DNA of 52,924 nucleotides from an uncultured Bacilli bacterium (GCA_944350325.1 CALVOS010000025.1:1-52924); one strand, 5' to 3'. Positions 27,143 to 37,170 are shown, counted from the first letter of the stretch. Notes: generated by a model not told the origin, from the sequence alone. A program made the numbers and translations.

Positions 27143-29602
27143 ATGGCCAACTTCATCGAACGGATTTTCAGGGTGGAGCAGCGTCAGCTCAATCGCTTCG
27201 CCAGGGAGGCGGACGAAGTCCTTGCCTATGAGGAAAGGATGGGCGCGCTTTCCGACGATGAGCTGAAGGCCAAGACAGAGGAATTCCGCAAGAGGCTCGC
27301 CGACGGCGAGACGCTCGACGACATTAAGTACGAGGCCTTCGCCGTGGCCCGCGAAGCCGCATGGAGGACGCTCCATCAGAAGCCCTTCAAGGTGCAGATC
27401 ATCGGCTCCCTCGTACTTCATAACGGCGACGTCGCCGAGATGAGGACGGGCGAAGGCAAGACCTTGACCGCGACCATGGCCGTTTACTTGAACGCCCTTT
27501 CCGGGAAAGGCGTCCACGTCGTGACCGTCAACGAGTACCTGGCCACCCGCGACGCGGACTGGATGGGGCAGATCTACCGTTTCCTGGGACTGACCGTCGG
27601 TGTCAACCTCGCCAGCAAGACCCCTGCTGAGAAGAAGGAGGCCTATGCCTGCGACATCACCTACACGACGAATTCCGAGCTTGGCTTCGACTACCTCCGT
27701 GACAACATGTCGCCTACCCTGGAAGGACGCGTCCTCCGCGGGCTCAACTTCGCCGTCGTCGACGAGGCCGACTCGATTCTGATCGACGAGTCGAGGACTC
27801 CTCTCATCATCTCGGGCGGAACCCATATTCCTGCCTCCCAGTACGCCGTGGCAGACCGTTTCGTGAAGATGCTCCGGAAGGACAAGGACTTCACGATCGA
27901 CGTGCAGGACAAGGCCTGCTCCCTGACGGAGGATGGCATCCAGAAGGCTCAGCGGATGTTCGGGGTCAAGAACCTCTACGCTCCCGAGTACCAGGACCTC
28001 GTCCACCGCATCCACCAGGCCCTCAAGGCCAACTACATCATGTCCAGAGATGTCGAGTACATGGTGGACAAGGAGAGGAAGATCCAGCTGATCGACCAGT
28101 TCACCGGCCGCATCATGCCTGGGCGCGAATATAACGACGGGCTCCAGCAGGCCATCCAGGCGAAGGAAGGCGTCGAGATCAAGCAGGAGACGGTCGTCGT
28201 CGCCACCATCACCTACCAGAACTTCTTCCGTCTCTTCCGAAAGGTGAGCGGGATGACGGGAACCGCCAAGACGGAGGAAGAGGAGTTCCGGACGATCTAC
28301 AACATGAAGGTCGTCACGATTCCGACCAACCGGCCCATCGCCCGCATCGACGACGATGACCTTCTCTTCGGGACGAAGAAAGCGAAGCTCGCCGCCCTCG
28401 TACAGGAGGTCAAGCGCCGGCACGAGCTGGGACAGCCCATCCTGATCGGAACCGTCAGCGTCGAGAGCAACCTTGAGATCAGCGCCCTCCTCGACCAGGC
28501 GGGCATTCCGCATGAGACGCTGAACGCCCGCAACCAGGCGCGCGAGGCGGAGATCATCAGCCATGCCGGGGAACGAGGCGCCGTGACCCTGGCCACCAAC
28601 ATGGCGGGCCGCGGAACCGACATCAAGCTCGGGGAAGGCGTGAAGGAGCTTGGAGGACTTTGCGTCTTCGGCACGGAGCGGCACGAGTCCCGCCGCATCG
28701 ACAACCAGCTTCGCGGACGCTCCGGGCGCCAGGGGGACCCTGGCTATAGCCGCTTCTTCGTCTCCTTCGAGGACGATCTGCTGCGCCGCTTCGTCCCGGA
28801 CAAGATGCGCGAGTTCGCGATCAAGAGCCTCGAGGACGACTCGATGGAGAACCGCTCGATCCAGCGCCTTGTCACCAACGCCCAGACGCAGATCGAGGGA
28901 CGGAACTTCGACATCCGCAAGAACCTCAAGGACTACGACGACGTCCTCGCCCAGATGAGGGAGAGCGTCTACGCGAAGCGGGACAAGATCCTTTTGGCGG
29001 ATGACATCTCCGACCTCATCCGCTCCTTCTTCATGGCCACGGGACTCTTCTGCTGCCGTAAGGCGCTGGACGCCTCCGGGGGACAGGAGGTCGTGAGCGG
29101 TTCCCTCCTCAAGAAGTTCGTGGAGCCCCGGTTCGTCCCGGAAGGAACGGTCAACGCGGCCGCCTACGACGGCGCCGACCCGCGTGAGGCCGGAGCGGAC
29201 CTCGGGGAGCTTCTCTACGGGGTCTATCTCCGCAAGAGGAAGGGCTGGGACCAGACGCTTGCCGACCGCTATGAGAGAAGGATCGCCCTTCGCCTCATCG
29301 ATCGCTCCTGGACCGCGCACATCGATACGATGTCTCACCTGAGGGATGGGATCAGCCTCCGGAGCTACGCCCAGACGAATCCGCTCCAGGAATACGTCAA
29401 CGAAGGATGGGAGCTCTTCAACGAGATGGAGGAGCGCTCCGCCGTCGACACCGCGCTGAACCTTCTCGCTTTGAAGTTCGAAACCCGCCCCAAGGACGAA
29501 CAGCCCGCGGAAGGCGCGAAGCCTGCTTCTGAGGAAGAAAAGAAGGAACCCGCCTCGGAGGAGGGCAAGCCTGCCTCCACGAAAGAAGAGGAAAAGGAAT
29601 AA
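27143..29602 (+). CDS. secA: preprotein translocase ATPase SecA
   Basis: Motifs MRTGEGKTL, VDEADSILIDE and TNMAGRGTDI. The C-terminal tail is K/E/P-rich and has no Cys zinc finger. Confidence 0.95.
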   Translation: MANFIERIFRVEQRQLNRFAREADEVLAYEERMGALSDDELKAKTEEFRKRLADGETLDDIKYEAFAVAREAAWRTLHQKPFKVQIIGSLVLHNGDVAEMRTGEGKTLTATMAVYLNALSGKGVHVVTVNEYLATRDADWMGQIYRFLGLTVGVNLASKTPAEKKEAYACDITYTTNSELGFDYLRDNMSPTLEGRVLRGLNFAVVDEADSILIDESRTPLIISGGTHIPASQYAVADRFVKMLRKDKDFTIDVQDKACSLTEDGIQKAQRMFGVKNLYAPEYQDLVHRIHQALKANYIMSRDVEYMVDKERKIQLIDQFTGRIMPGREYNDGLQQAIQAKEGVEIKQETVVVATITYQNFFRLFRKVSGMTGTAKTEEEEFRTIYNMKVVTIPTNRPIARIDDDDLLFGTKKAKLAALVQEVKRRHELGQPILIGTVSVESNLEISALLDQAGIPHETLNARNQAREAEIISHAGERGAVTLATNMAGRGTDIKLGEGVKELGGLCVFGTERHESRRIDNQLRGRSGRQGDPGYSRFFVSFEDDLLRRFVPDKMREFAIKSLEDDSMENRSIQRLVTNAQTQIEGRNFDIRKNLKDYDDVLAQMRESVYAKRDKILLADDISDLIRSFFMATGLFCCRKALDASGGQEVVSGSLLKKFVEPRFVPEGTVNAAAYDGADPREAGADLGELLYGVYLRKRKGWDQTLADRYERRIALRLIDRSWTAHIDTMSHLRDGISLRSYAQTNPLQEYVNEGWELFNEMEERSAVDTALNLLALKFETRPKDEQPAEGAKPASEEEKKEPASEEGKPASTKEEEKE

Positions 29603-30721
29603 TGAAAGAGCTAGTCGAACTCCGCCAGGCGGGGCAAGAGATCGCCCGCCTGGTGTCGCAGCTCGGTGACTCACTTTGACCAGGAACGCCTGGAAGCCAT
29701 CGTGAGGGAGGCCGAGGAAGCGCAAAGCGACCCCGCGTTCTGGGAGGACCAGAAGTCCGCGCTGGAAGTCGTGAACCGCTATAAGGCCGCGAAGGGAACT
29801 CTTGAGGATTATCTGGACGTCAAGAGAGGTTCTGCGGAGCTTTCTGAGCTTCTTGCGAACATCGATCCGAATGATTCCGATATGATCGAGCTACTCGAGA
29901 GCGAGGAGAAGGAACTCTCCGAGAAGGTCGAGAGGCTTCGGACGACCCTTCTTTTCCGTGGCGAGTACGACTCCTTGAACTGCACGCTTGAGATTCATCC
30001 TGGCGCCGGCGGCACGGAGGCCCAGGACTGGGCGGACATGCTTCTTCGCATGTACTCGCGCTGGGCGGAGAAGCATGGGTTCTCCTGGCAGGTGCTTTCC
30101 TATGAGCCTGGGGAGGAGGCGGGACTCAAAAGCGCCTCCGTGAAAATCTCCGGGTATAACGCCTACGGGATGCTTCGCGGGGAGAAAGGGGTCCATCGCC
30201 TCGTCCGCATCTCTCCTTTCGATAGCTCCGCAAGGCGCCATACATCGTTTGCGTCCGTGAACGTCGTCCCTGAGTTCGGGAAGGTGAGCGATGTGGTCAT
30301 CGACCCGAAGGATTTAAGGGTGGACACCTTCCGTTCCGGGGGCGCCGGCGGCCAGAACGTGAACAAGGTGAGCTCGGCGGTGCGCATCACCCACATCCCG
30401 ACCGGCATCGTCGTCCAATGCGAGATCGAGCGAAGCCAGCTGATGAACAAGGCGACTTGCATGGAGATGCTTTCCGACCGCCTCATGCAAAGGAAGATTG
30501 AGGAACGCGACCAGAAGCTTCGCTCCATCATCGGCGAGCAGAAGAACATCGAATGGGGCTCGCAGATCCGAAGCTATGTCTTCTGTCCGTACACTCTCGT
30601 GAAGGACAATCGCACGGGTCACGAGACGTCCGACGTCAGCGGCGTCATGGACGGGGATATCGACGGGTTCGTCTATTCCTACCTGGAGAAGGAGTCGAAG
30701 GATGCCTCTTCAAAAGCTTAG
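29602..30721 (+). CDS. prfB: peptide chain release factor 2 (requires a programmed +1 frameshift at 29677)
   Basis: Frame 0 reads ATG(29602) MKELVELRQAGQEIARLVSQLGDSL then TGA at 29677-29679. The +1 frame continues DQERLEAIV... with SPF and GGQ (GAGGQNVNK) motifs. The ATG overlaps the secA stop (TAATG). Confidence 0.9.
29665..29680 (+). other. RF2 autoregulatory +1 frameshift site (CTT TGA C)
   Basis: GGTGAC TCA CTT TGA C: the canonical CUU-UGA-C slippery/stop context. An SD-like GGUGA sits a few nt upstream. Confidence 0.85.
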
Positions 30722-31787
30722 GGAACTGCCTCGGAAGGAGCTGCTCCGCGAGGGAAGGAACATCCTATTCGTAGTCCTTGGCTCCCTCGTCCTCGCCTTC
30801 GCCTCCGCTTGCTTCCTCGAGCCTCTTGAGATCGTCTCGGGCGGGCTCCTTTCGATCGGCATCATCCTCAATGGCGTGATCGAGCCTCTTGTCGGCATCA
30901 ATGTGAGCGACATCGTCGTGGCGATCGCCTCGATCCTCTTCTGGCTCATCGGCCTTATTTTCATCGGCTGGAAGTTCTCGGCGAGGACACTTCTCTCGAG
31001 CCTTCTTTACCCGGCCTTCTTCTCTCTCTTCCTCCGAACGGGCTTCATCGACGTCGTCGGTCTTTCCGCGCTTGTGGGGAATGGCGAGGGCCAGGCCGTA
31101 CGGGACCTCATCGGCGGACTCTTCGGAGGGTTCCTCACCGGGGCCGGCGTCGCCATAAGCTTCCTGGGGGACGGCTCGACGGGGGGCGTGGACATCATCG
31201 CCCTCCTCCTTGGGAAGGTGACGCCCATCCGCGAGGACATCTGGACGTTCGCGATCGACGCGAGCCTCGTCCTCATCGGGGCTGCGGTCTACCAGGACAT
31301 CCTCGTCGCCCTCATCGGCATCCTCACCGCCTTCTGCTCCGCGATGGCCATCCAGTTCATCTACATCCGTGGGAATTCCGCAATCATCGTGGAAGTCATC
31401 AGCGATAAGCGCGAGGAAATCCAGCGCTGGGCGGAGACCGAGCTTGAGCATGGCACGACGATCATCCGCGCAAGAGGCGGCTATTCCGGGGTCAGGCGCG
31501 ACATCCTCCGCGTCATCGTGAACCGCAGCGAGCTGAACGCCTTCCGCAACAAGATCGCGGACATTGATCCAAAGGCGTTCGTATCGATGACGCAGGCCCA
31601 AACGATCCACGGCCTTGGCTTCCGTCCGCTCGTGAACACCGCCAGGCGCGGGAAGTTCCGCGGTGGGCAGATCGAGGAGGACGTGGTCAACGAGAAGAGG
31701 CTGGGGCAGCATCCCTACCACGGGGGCCCGACCCGCGAGACCGGCCTCATCCATAACGAAGCCAGGAACCGGCGGAAAAGGCGATAG
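30702..31787 (+). CDS. YitT-family membrane protein (DUF2179 C-terminal domain)
   Basis: Five to six TM helices followed by a DUF2179-like domain (TTIIRARGGYSG...VIVNRSEL). It has a basic C-terminal tail. Confidence 0.75.
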   Translation: MPLQKLRELPRKELLREGRNILFVVLGSLVLAFASACFLEPLEIVSGGLLSIGIILNGVIEPLVGINVSDIVVAIASILFWLIGLIFIGWKFSARTLLSSLLYPAFFSLFLRTGFIDVVGLSALVGNGEGQAVRDLIGGLFGGFLTGAGVAISFLGDGSTGGVDIIALLLGKVTPIREDIWTFAIDASLVLIGAAVYQDILVALIGILTAFCSAMAIQFIYIRGNSAIIVEVISDKREEIQRWAETELEHGTTIIRARGGYSGVRRDILRVIVNRSELNAFRNKIADIDPKAFVSMTQAQTIHGLGFRPLVNTARRGKFRGGQIEEDVVNEKRLGQHPYHGGPTRETGLIHNEARNRRKRR

Positions 31788-31789
31788 GG

Positions 31790-33772
31790 ATGGAATACGA
31801 GAGGCGCCCCTTCGAGCTCGTAAGCTCCTATAAGCCCACGGGCGACCAGCCCGAGGCCATCGAAAAGGCCGTCGCCGCCATCCAGGGAGGCCACCAGTGG
31901 AACGTCATCCTTGGCGCGACGGGGACAGGGAAGACCTTCACCGCGGCCAATATCATCGCAAGGCTGGGGAAGCCTACTCTCGTCCTCGTCCATAACAAGA
32001 CGCTTGCCTCGCAGCTCTACGGGGAGTTCAAAGAGCTCTTTCCGAACAACCGCGTCGAGTACTTCGTCTCGAACTTCGACTTCTACCAGCCCGAGGCCTA
32101 CGTCCCGAAGACGGATACCTACATTGAGAAAGAGGCGGTGATGAACGACGAGATCGAGATGCTCCGTTGCGCGGCGGTGAACTCGATCGTCCATCGGAGC
32201 GACACCATCTGCGTCGCCTCCGTCGCCGCAATCTATGGACTGGGGGATCCGGAGGAATACCGAGGGCTGGCCTTCGAAATCAGAGAAGGGATGGAACTCG
32301 ATCGCGGAGAGTTTCTCGCCCGGCTTGTCGAATGCCAGTACCGAAGAACGAACTACGACCTCGAGCCCGGAACCTTCCGCGTGCACGGGGACATCATCGA
32401 CATCGCCCCGATGGCAGAGGGGGACGGGTATCTCCGCATCTCCCTTTTCGGAGATGAGGTGGAGGCGATCTCGGAGGTCGATTCCATCACCGGCAAGGCG
32501 AGGAACTATTTCAAGACTCATCCCATCTATCCCGCCTACGACCATGCCTCGACAAGGAAAAGAATTCAGGAAGCCTGCAAGACAATCAGCCTGGAATTGG
32601 AAGAAAGACTTAAGTTTTTCCGAGATAACGGCAAACTGCTCGAGGCAGAAAGGCTGGAAATGCGCACAAGGCAGGACATGGACTCCATGATGGAGTTCGG
32701 GATCTGCCGCGGGATTGAGAACTATTCCCGCCACATCGATAAGCGCCAGCCGGGGCAGCGGCCCTGGTGCCTTATCGACTATTTCCCGAAGGACTTCCTT
32801 CTCATGATCGACGAGTCCCACGTCACGATCCCGCAGCTGAACGGGATGTATAACGGGGACCGCTCGAGGAAGGAGACTCTCGTGGAGTACGGCTTCCGCC
32901 TTCCCTCCGCCTTGGACAATCGCCCACTTAAGTTCGACGAGCTTCTTTCCCTCGCCCCCCAGAGCATCATCTGCACATCCGCGACCCCCGGACCGTTCGA
33001 GATGGAGAAGTCCGGCGGAGTCGTCGCAGAGCAGATCATCCGCCCGACAGGCCTCCTAGATCCGGAGATTTCCGTAAGGAGAAGCCAGGGCCAGGTGGAC
33101 GACCTCATGAACGAGATCCGAGAGAGGGTCGAGAGGAACGAAAGGACGATGGTCGTCACCCTCACCATCCGTATGGCGGAAGACCTTACCGAGTTCATGA
33201 AGGCCCGGGGAATCAAGGTCGCCTACCTCCATAACGAGACGAAGACCTTGGAAAGGACCCAGATCATCTATGACCTTCGAAGGGGAAAGTACGACGTTCT
33301 CGTCGGCATCAACCTTCTCCGCGAGGGCCTCGACATCCCGGAGGTCAGCCTTATCGCCATCCTGGATGCGGACAAGGAAGGCTTCCTCAGGAGCACCACC
33401 TCTCTCATCCAGATCATCGGCCGGGCGGCAAGGAACGCGAACGGGAAAGTCATCATGTACGCGGATGCGATGACAAGGTCGATGAAGGAGGCGATTGACG
33501 AGACTAATCGCCGCCGCTCAATCCAAATCGCCTACAACGAGGAGAACGGCATCGTCCCGATGACCATCATCAAGGAAATCCGTCCCCCTCTCTCGAACAT
33601 GGACGAAGGGCCTAAGAAGACCAGGGTTACCGCCTCCTCCCCCCGCTCCCAGATCGAGAGGGAGATAAAGTCGGTCGAAAGGGAGATGCGCGAGGCGGCG
33701 AAGGCGTATGAGTTTGAAAGGGCGGCCGAGCTCAGGGACATCCTGTTTGAGCTGAAGGCGATGCTTGCATGA
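31790..33772 (+). CDS. uvrB: excinuclease ABC subunit B
   Basis: Motifs [23 protein letters not shown] and a C-terminal UVR domain (FERAAELRD). Confidence 0.95.
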   Translation: MEYERRPFELVSSYKPTGDQPEAIEKAVAAIQGGHQWNVILGATGTGKTFTAANIIARLGKPTLVLVHNKTLASQLYGEFKELFPNNRVEYFVSNFDFYQPEAYVPKTDTYIEKEAVMNDEIEMLRCAAVNSIVHRSDTICVASVAAIYGLGDPEEYRGLAFEIREGMELDRGEFLARLVECQYRRTNYDLEPGTFRVHGDIIDIAPMAEGDGYLRISLFGDEVEAISEVDSITGKARNYFKTHPIYPAYDHASTRKRIQEACKTISLELEERLKFFRDNGKLLEAERLEMRTRQDMDSMMEFGICRGIENYSRHIDKRQPGQRPWCLIDYFPKDFLLMIDESHVTIPQLNGMYNGDRSRKETLVEYGFRLPSALDNRPLKFDELLSLAPQSIICTSATPGPFEMEKSGGVVAEQIIRPTGLLDPEISVRRSQGQVDDLMNEIRERVERNERTMVVTLTIRMAEDLTEFMKARGIKVAYLHNETKTLERTQIIYDLRRGKYDVLVGINLLREGLDIPEVSLIAILDADKEGFLRSTTSLIQIIGRAARNANGKVIMYADAMTRSMKEAIDETNRRRSIQIAYNEENGIVPMTIIKEIRPPLSNMDEGPKKTRVTASSPRSQIEREIKSVEREMREAAKAYEFERAAELRDILFELKAMLA

Positions 33773-34428
33773 GTATGGTACGAATTGTCATCTTTGATTT
33801 TGACGGGACGCTATTCGATACCGCCGAGGCGATGGTCGTCATCTTCCGGAAGAGCTTCCAGGAAGTGGGTATGGACTGCACGGAGGAAGAAGCAAGGCAC
33901 TACATGCACCAGTCCCTCCAGGAGACCATCATGGAGAGACGGGTTCCGAAGGAAAGCATCCAGCCTTTTGTCGAAGCGATCCTCCGTTATCTCGACTGCC
34001 CTGAGGCGAACGCGGTGACCCGCCCCTTTCCTGAGACGAAGAAGGCGCTCTCCCTCTTGGAGAGCCTCCATATTCCGATGGGGGTCGTAACCGGGAACAC
34101 GGTCTCGCATGCTAGGGGGATTCTTGCGGCGCACGGGATGGACGGCTATTTCTCCTCCTTCGTCGGATCGGATGTCTGCGAGGCGCACAAGCCCGATCCT
34201 GAGCCGTTGATGAAATGTCTTGAGGCTTGGCCGGAGGAGATGAGGAAGCGCGCTTGCTATATCGGAGATAGCCTCCAGGACACGGAATGCGCGAGCAGGG
34301 CGCTCCTCCCTTCCGTCCTCATCGAGCGGACGCCAGGGGAGTACAAGGACTACCAAGCGCTCAAGGCGACGAACCTTATTGACGCATTGGAATTGCTTGG
34401 AATCCCTGCAAACAGCGCGTCGAAGTAG
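33769..34428 (+). CDS. HAD-IA hydrolase (phosphoglycolate phosphatase/PpaX-like)
   Basis: FDFDGTLFDT, VTGN and YIGDSLQD motifs. The ATG overlaps the uvrB stop. Confidence 0.75.
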   Translation: MSMVRIVIFDFDGTLFDTAEAMVVIFRKSFQEVGMDCTEEEARHYMHQSLQETIMERRVPKESIQPFVEAILRYLDCPEANAVTRPFPETKKALSLLESLHIPMGVVTGNTVSHARGILAAHGMDGYFSSFVGSDVCEAHKPDPEPLMKCLEAWPEEMRKRACYIGDSLQDTECASRALLPSVLIERTPGEYKDYQALKATNLIDALELLGIPANSASK

Positions 34429-34564
34429 GTTTTTTACGAGTAGATGACAGTGAATTCGTTTCGGCGCGACGTTGTTCTTTGAAGAAATCCGGCCAGTAAT
34501 TCCGACGTAGACAACAGGAGGGGGAATCCCTATAGTATTTGACGCGCTCAGGCGCCTATTAATC

Positions 34565-34873
34565 ATGCTGCAGTGGTACGACTACATCTTCATCGTTGTC
34601 TCGCTCATCATCATCGTGCTTGCCCTGTTGCAAGGCGGTAAGAGCGAGGGCGCTTCCGGCGCGATCACCGGTGGGGGCCTCAACGTATTCGCTAAGACCA
34701 AGGAGCGTGGCAGCCAGAAGATCGTCACCTGGCTTACGTTCGGGTTCGCGATCGTGTGGCTCTTCCTCGCCCTCCTGATCATGGTGCTTAACAGCCAGGC
34801 CGGATCCTCCGATTCGACCGGGACTAGCGAAAGCGTGGCCACCGCGGCGGCCCTTGTGCCCTTCCTCTTCTAG
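34565..34873 (+). CDS. secG: preprotein translocase subunit SecG
   Basis: 102 aa with two TM helices and the LLQGGKSEG...GGG motif. Confidence 0.8.
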   Translation: MLQWYDYIFIVVSLIIIVLALLQGGKSEGASGAITGGGLNVFAKTKERGSQKIVTWLTFGFAIVWLFLALLIMVLNSQAGSSDSTGTSESVATAAALVPFLF

Positions 34874-34891
34874 CCGAGAGGACACGTTCTG

Positions 34892-34914
34892 AAACGGGCT
34901 TCGGCCCGTTTTTT
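34892..34914 (+). terminator. intrinsic terminator after secG
   Basis: AAACGGGC-TTCG-GCCCGTTTTTT: GC stem, tetraloop and T6 tract. Confidence 0.8.
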
Positions 34915-34924
34915 CGTGCTCGGC

Positions 34925-34930
34925 TATAAT
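34925..34930 (+). promoter_or_regulatory. -10 hexamer TATAAT, leaderless-type promoter of folD
   Basis: Lies 7 nt upstream of the ATG at 34938. The ATG at 34932 is only 1 nt away, so it is unlikely to be used. Confidence 0.5.
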
Positions 34931-34937
34931 CATGGGG

Positions 34938-35732
34938 ATGGAAGTCCGTGAATTCGTCAAGGCCAGGAAGGAAGTCCTTCGCGCGGAGGCCTCCTCTTTC
35001 TCCCGTCCTCCTTGCCTAGCGATCGTCCAGGTGGGGCATGTCCCTGCCAGCGACGCCTACATCCGGGGGAAGAGGAAGGACGCGGAGGAGATCGGCTTTT
35101 CCTCCCGCCTCATCCCGTTCGGGGAGGAAGTTTCCGAGAACGAGCTCATCCTTGCTCTCCAGAGCCTTTCGCAAGAGGAGTCTGTCGATGGGATCATCGT
35201 GCAGCTGCCGCTTCCTAAGGGGATTTCCCCCCGGAAGGTCCAGGAAGCGGTCGCGCCAAGGAAGGACGTCGATGGGTTCGGGCCCTTGTCTCCCTATGAC
35301 CCTTGCACTCCGAAGGGAATTCTCATGTACCTGGATGCGAATGATTTCGCATTCGAGGGGAGGAACGCGGTCGTCCTTGGCCGTTCCGACATCGTAGGGA
35401 AGCCGATGGCGCGCCTCCTGACCGCGAGAAACATGAACGTGACCCTGCTCCATAGCAGAACATCTCTCGAGGATGAACGCTTCTATATTGCTCACGCAGA
35501 CCTCGTCGTCGCCTCGATCGGGAAGGCAGGCTTCCTTGACGAGCGCTTCGCGTTCAAGAGGACCGCGTGGCTCGTGGACGTCGGCATCAATCGCGGGGAG
35601 GACGGCCATCTTCATGGGGACATTCTCCCTGGAAGGGAAGTCGCCTTGCAGACGCCTGTGCCCGGGGGAGTGGGGCTTCTCACGAGGCTGGCGCTCATGG
35701 AGAACCTGTTCGAGGCGGCGAAAAGGAGATGA
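34938..35732 (+). CDS. folD: bifunctional methylene-THF dehydrogenase / methenyl-THF cyclohydrolase
   Basis: Motifs VQVGHVPASDAYIRGKRK, QLPLP, PCTP and VVLGRSDIVGKPMA. Confidence 0.92.
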   Translation: MEVREFVKARKEVLRAEASSFSRPPCLAIVQVGHVPASDAYIRGKRKDAEEIGFSSRLIPFGEEVSENELILALQSLSQEESVDGIIVQLPLPKGISPRKVQEAVAPRKDVDGFGPLSPYDPCTPKGILMYLDANDFAFEGRNAVVLGRSDIVGKPMARLLTARNMNVTLLHSRTSLEDERFYIAHADLVVASIGKAGFLDERFAFKRTAWLVDVGINRGEDGHLHGDILPGREVALQTPVPGGVGLLTRLALMENLFEAAKRR

Positions 35733-35734
35733 AG

Positions 35735-36343
35735 ATGGGATTTTCAATCGGGAACGAATATGTCTATGGGCTCGAAAGGGCGGTGAAGGCCTCTGGGAAC
35801 CCCATGAGGACGAAGATCGACCCCACGGCTCCTGGGGAGAAGGACTATCTCAGGGCTTCTCGCCTGGGTTCCGCCCAGAACGGGCTGGGGCATGACAACT
35901 TCCTCAAGGGAATCACCCTGCAGGTGGACGTGCGGGCTCCCCTCTACTGGTGGAAGGAGGCGCAGCGCTACCACTGGTTCGACTTCGTCTCCAGCCAGTC
36001 TACGATGCACTGCCTCCTGAAGTTCGATGTCCGGGAGCAATGCGCCGAGGAGACCGACCCGGTTGTCCTGAGGCGCGTCGAGGAGCTGGTCGAGGAATAT
36101 CGGGCCATTCCCGACGATGAGGCTCATAGGGCCGAGCAAAAGGCCAAGTGGCGCACGATCGTCGCGTCCCTTCCCTGCGGCTTCATGCTCGCGGCGACGA
36201 TGGTCACCAACTACCAGCAGCTGAAGACGATGTACATCCAGCGGAGGCACCACAAGCTGAAGGAGTGGCATGTCTTCTGCGACTGGTGCGAGAGTCTGCC
36301 GCGCTTCTTGGAACTGACAGGAGCCAAGGAATTGGCCCAATAG
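35735..36343 (+). CDS. ThyX-fold protein with a degenerate ThyX motif
   Basis: About 203 aa. It aligns by eye, without gaps, to Thermotoga ThyX: GHDNFLKGITLQVDVRAPLYWWKEAQRYHWFDFVSSQSTMH versus [40 protein letters not shown]. It also has LPCGF...TNYQQLKTMYIQRRHHKLKEW versus LPLNL...[22 protein letters not shown]. The start is 35729 (ATGA overlap with the folD stop) or 35735 (6 nt after GGAG). Confidence 0.5.
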   Translation: MGFSIGNEYVYGLERAVKASGNPMRTKIDPTAPGEKDYLRASRLGSAQNGLGHDNFLKGITLQVDVRAPLYWWKEAQRYHWFDFVSSQSTMHCLLKFDVREQCAEETDPVVLRRVEELVEEYRAIPDDEAHRAEQKAKWRTIVASLPCGFMLAATMVTNYQQLKTMYIQRRHHKLKEWHVFCDWCESLPRFLELTGAKELAQ

Positions 36344-36364
36344 AAAACGCCCGTCGGGCGTTTT
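36344..36364. terminator. bidirectional intrinsic terminator
   Basis: AAAA-CGCCC-gtc-GGGCG-TTTT, located between convergent genes. Confidence 0.8.
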
Positions 36365-36376
36365 CTTTCGCTTCCC

Positions 36377-37042
36377 TTACTTCCTTTTGTTTTTGGAATA
36401 AAGAGCGGCGAACGCGTCGTAGGCAAGATACACCCCGACTCCGGCGACGAGGATGCCGATGATGATCGTCAGCGCCTGGAGGATGACCCCGGACTGGTCG
36501 TTGTAGATGAAGAGGACGATCCCTCCGGCGATCGCGGCAAGCCCGACGACCATGATGGCGACGGACATCATCGTCCGCTCCACCTTGCCGATCAGGAGGG
36601 CGATTCCGAAGAGAAGAGCGAGGGCTCCGATGGTGACGAAGACGGTGGCGATGAGCGTGATGGCGGTCTCGAGGAACTGGGTGATTCCCATCTTGTTGCC
36701 GGTGCAGTAAAGGATGATGAGCCCGATTCCGATGGCAAGGAAGATCCCGGCGGCGATGAGCATCCCGTAGCGGATCCTCTCGCGGACCTTCTTCCTTCCT
36801 TCCGCATCCTTGTCCCTCGCCATTAGGACCGGAATGAACCCGAGGAGGACGCGGATGAGCCCGATGATGATCAGGAGCGAGCCGATCGCGGGGAACATCA
36901 CGTCGAACGTCTTCTGGTAGAAGCAGATGGTGAGGATGCCGGCGACGATGAAGAGGGCGGCCTCCACCAAGGTGAGAGCGATCCATTTCCCGGATCCGCG
37001 GGAGAAGCTTGTGGCTTCGAACTTGCTTGTCAGCTTGGACAT
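36377..37042 (-). CDS. polytopic membrane protein (HdeD/DUF308-like repeats)
   Basis: About six hydrophobic helices. The ATG at 37042 (MSKLTSKFE) lies 7 nt downstream of GGAGG. Confidence 0.6.
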   Translation of the reverse strand: MSKLTSKFEATSFSRGSGKWIALTLVEAALFIVAGILTICFYQKTFDVMFPAIGSLLIIIGLIRVLLGFIPVLMARDKDAEGRKKVRERIRYGMLIAAGIFLAIGIGLIILYCTGNKMGITQFLETAITLIATVFVTIGALALLFGIALLIGKVERTMMSVAIMVVGLAAIAGGIVLFIYNDQSGVILQALTIIIGILVAGVGVYLAYDAFAALYSKNKRK

Positions 37043-37142
37043 TGTGGTTCCTCCAACTGCCTTCAATTATCCGCCTAGAACTCTACTCTGAGTAGCGTGT
37101 TCCTGAACGCGCGCGATTTGCGCGCCGGGGAGAAAAGCAAAC

Positions 37143-37170
37143 TTGAAAGCAAAAATCGCTTTGATACCAT
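37143..37170 (+). promoter_or_regulatory. sigma-70-type promoter TTGAAA-16-TACCAT (with TGn)
   Basis: Canonical spacing, upstream of the aminopeptidase gene. The leader of about 25 nt carries a GGAGG SD. Confidence 0.5.

Noticed and set aside
27047-29725. 892-aa minus-strand ORF antisense to secA
   Set aside because: secA identity on the plus strand is unambiguous. The antisense translation has no motifs. High-GC artefact.
36204-36986. 260-aa same-strand alternate frame overlapping the DUF308-like membrane gene
   Set aside because: The translation is an R/H/P/D-rich repeat-like string. The other frame gives regular hydrophobic helices and has a GGAGG-ATG start.
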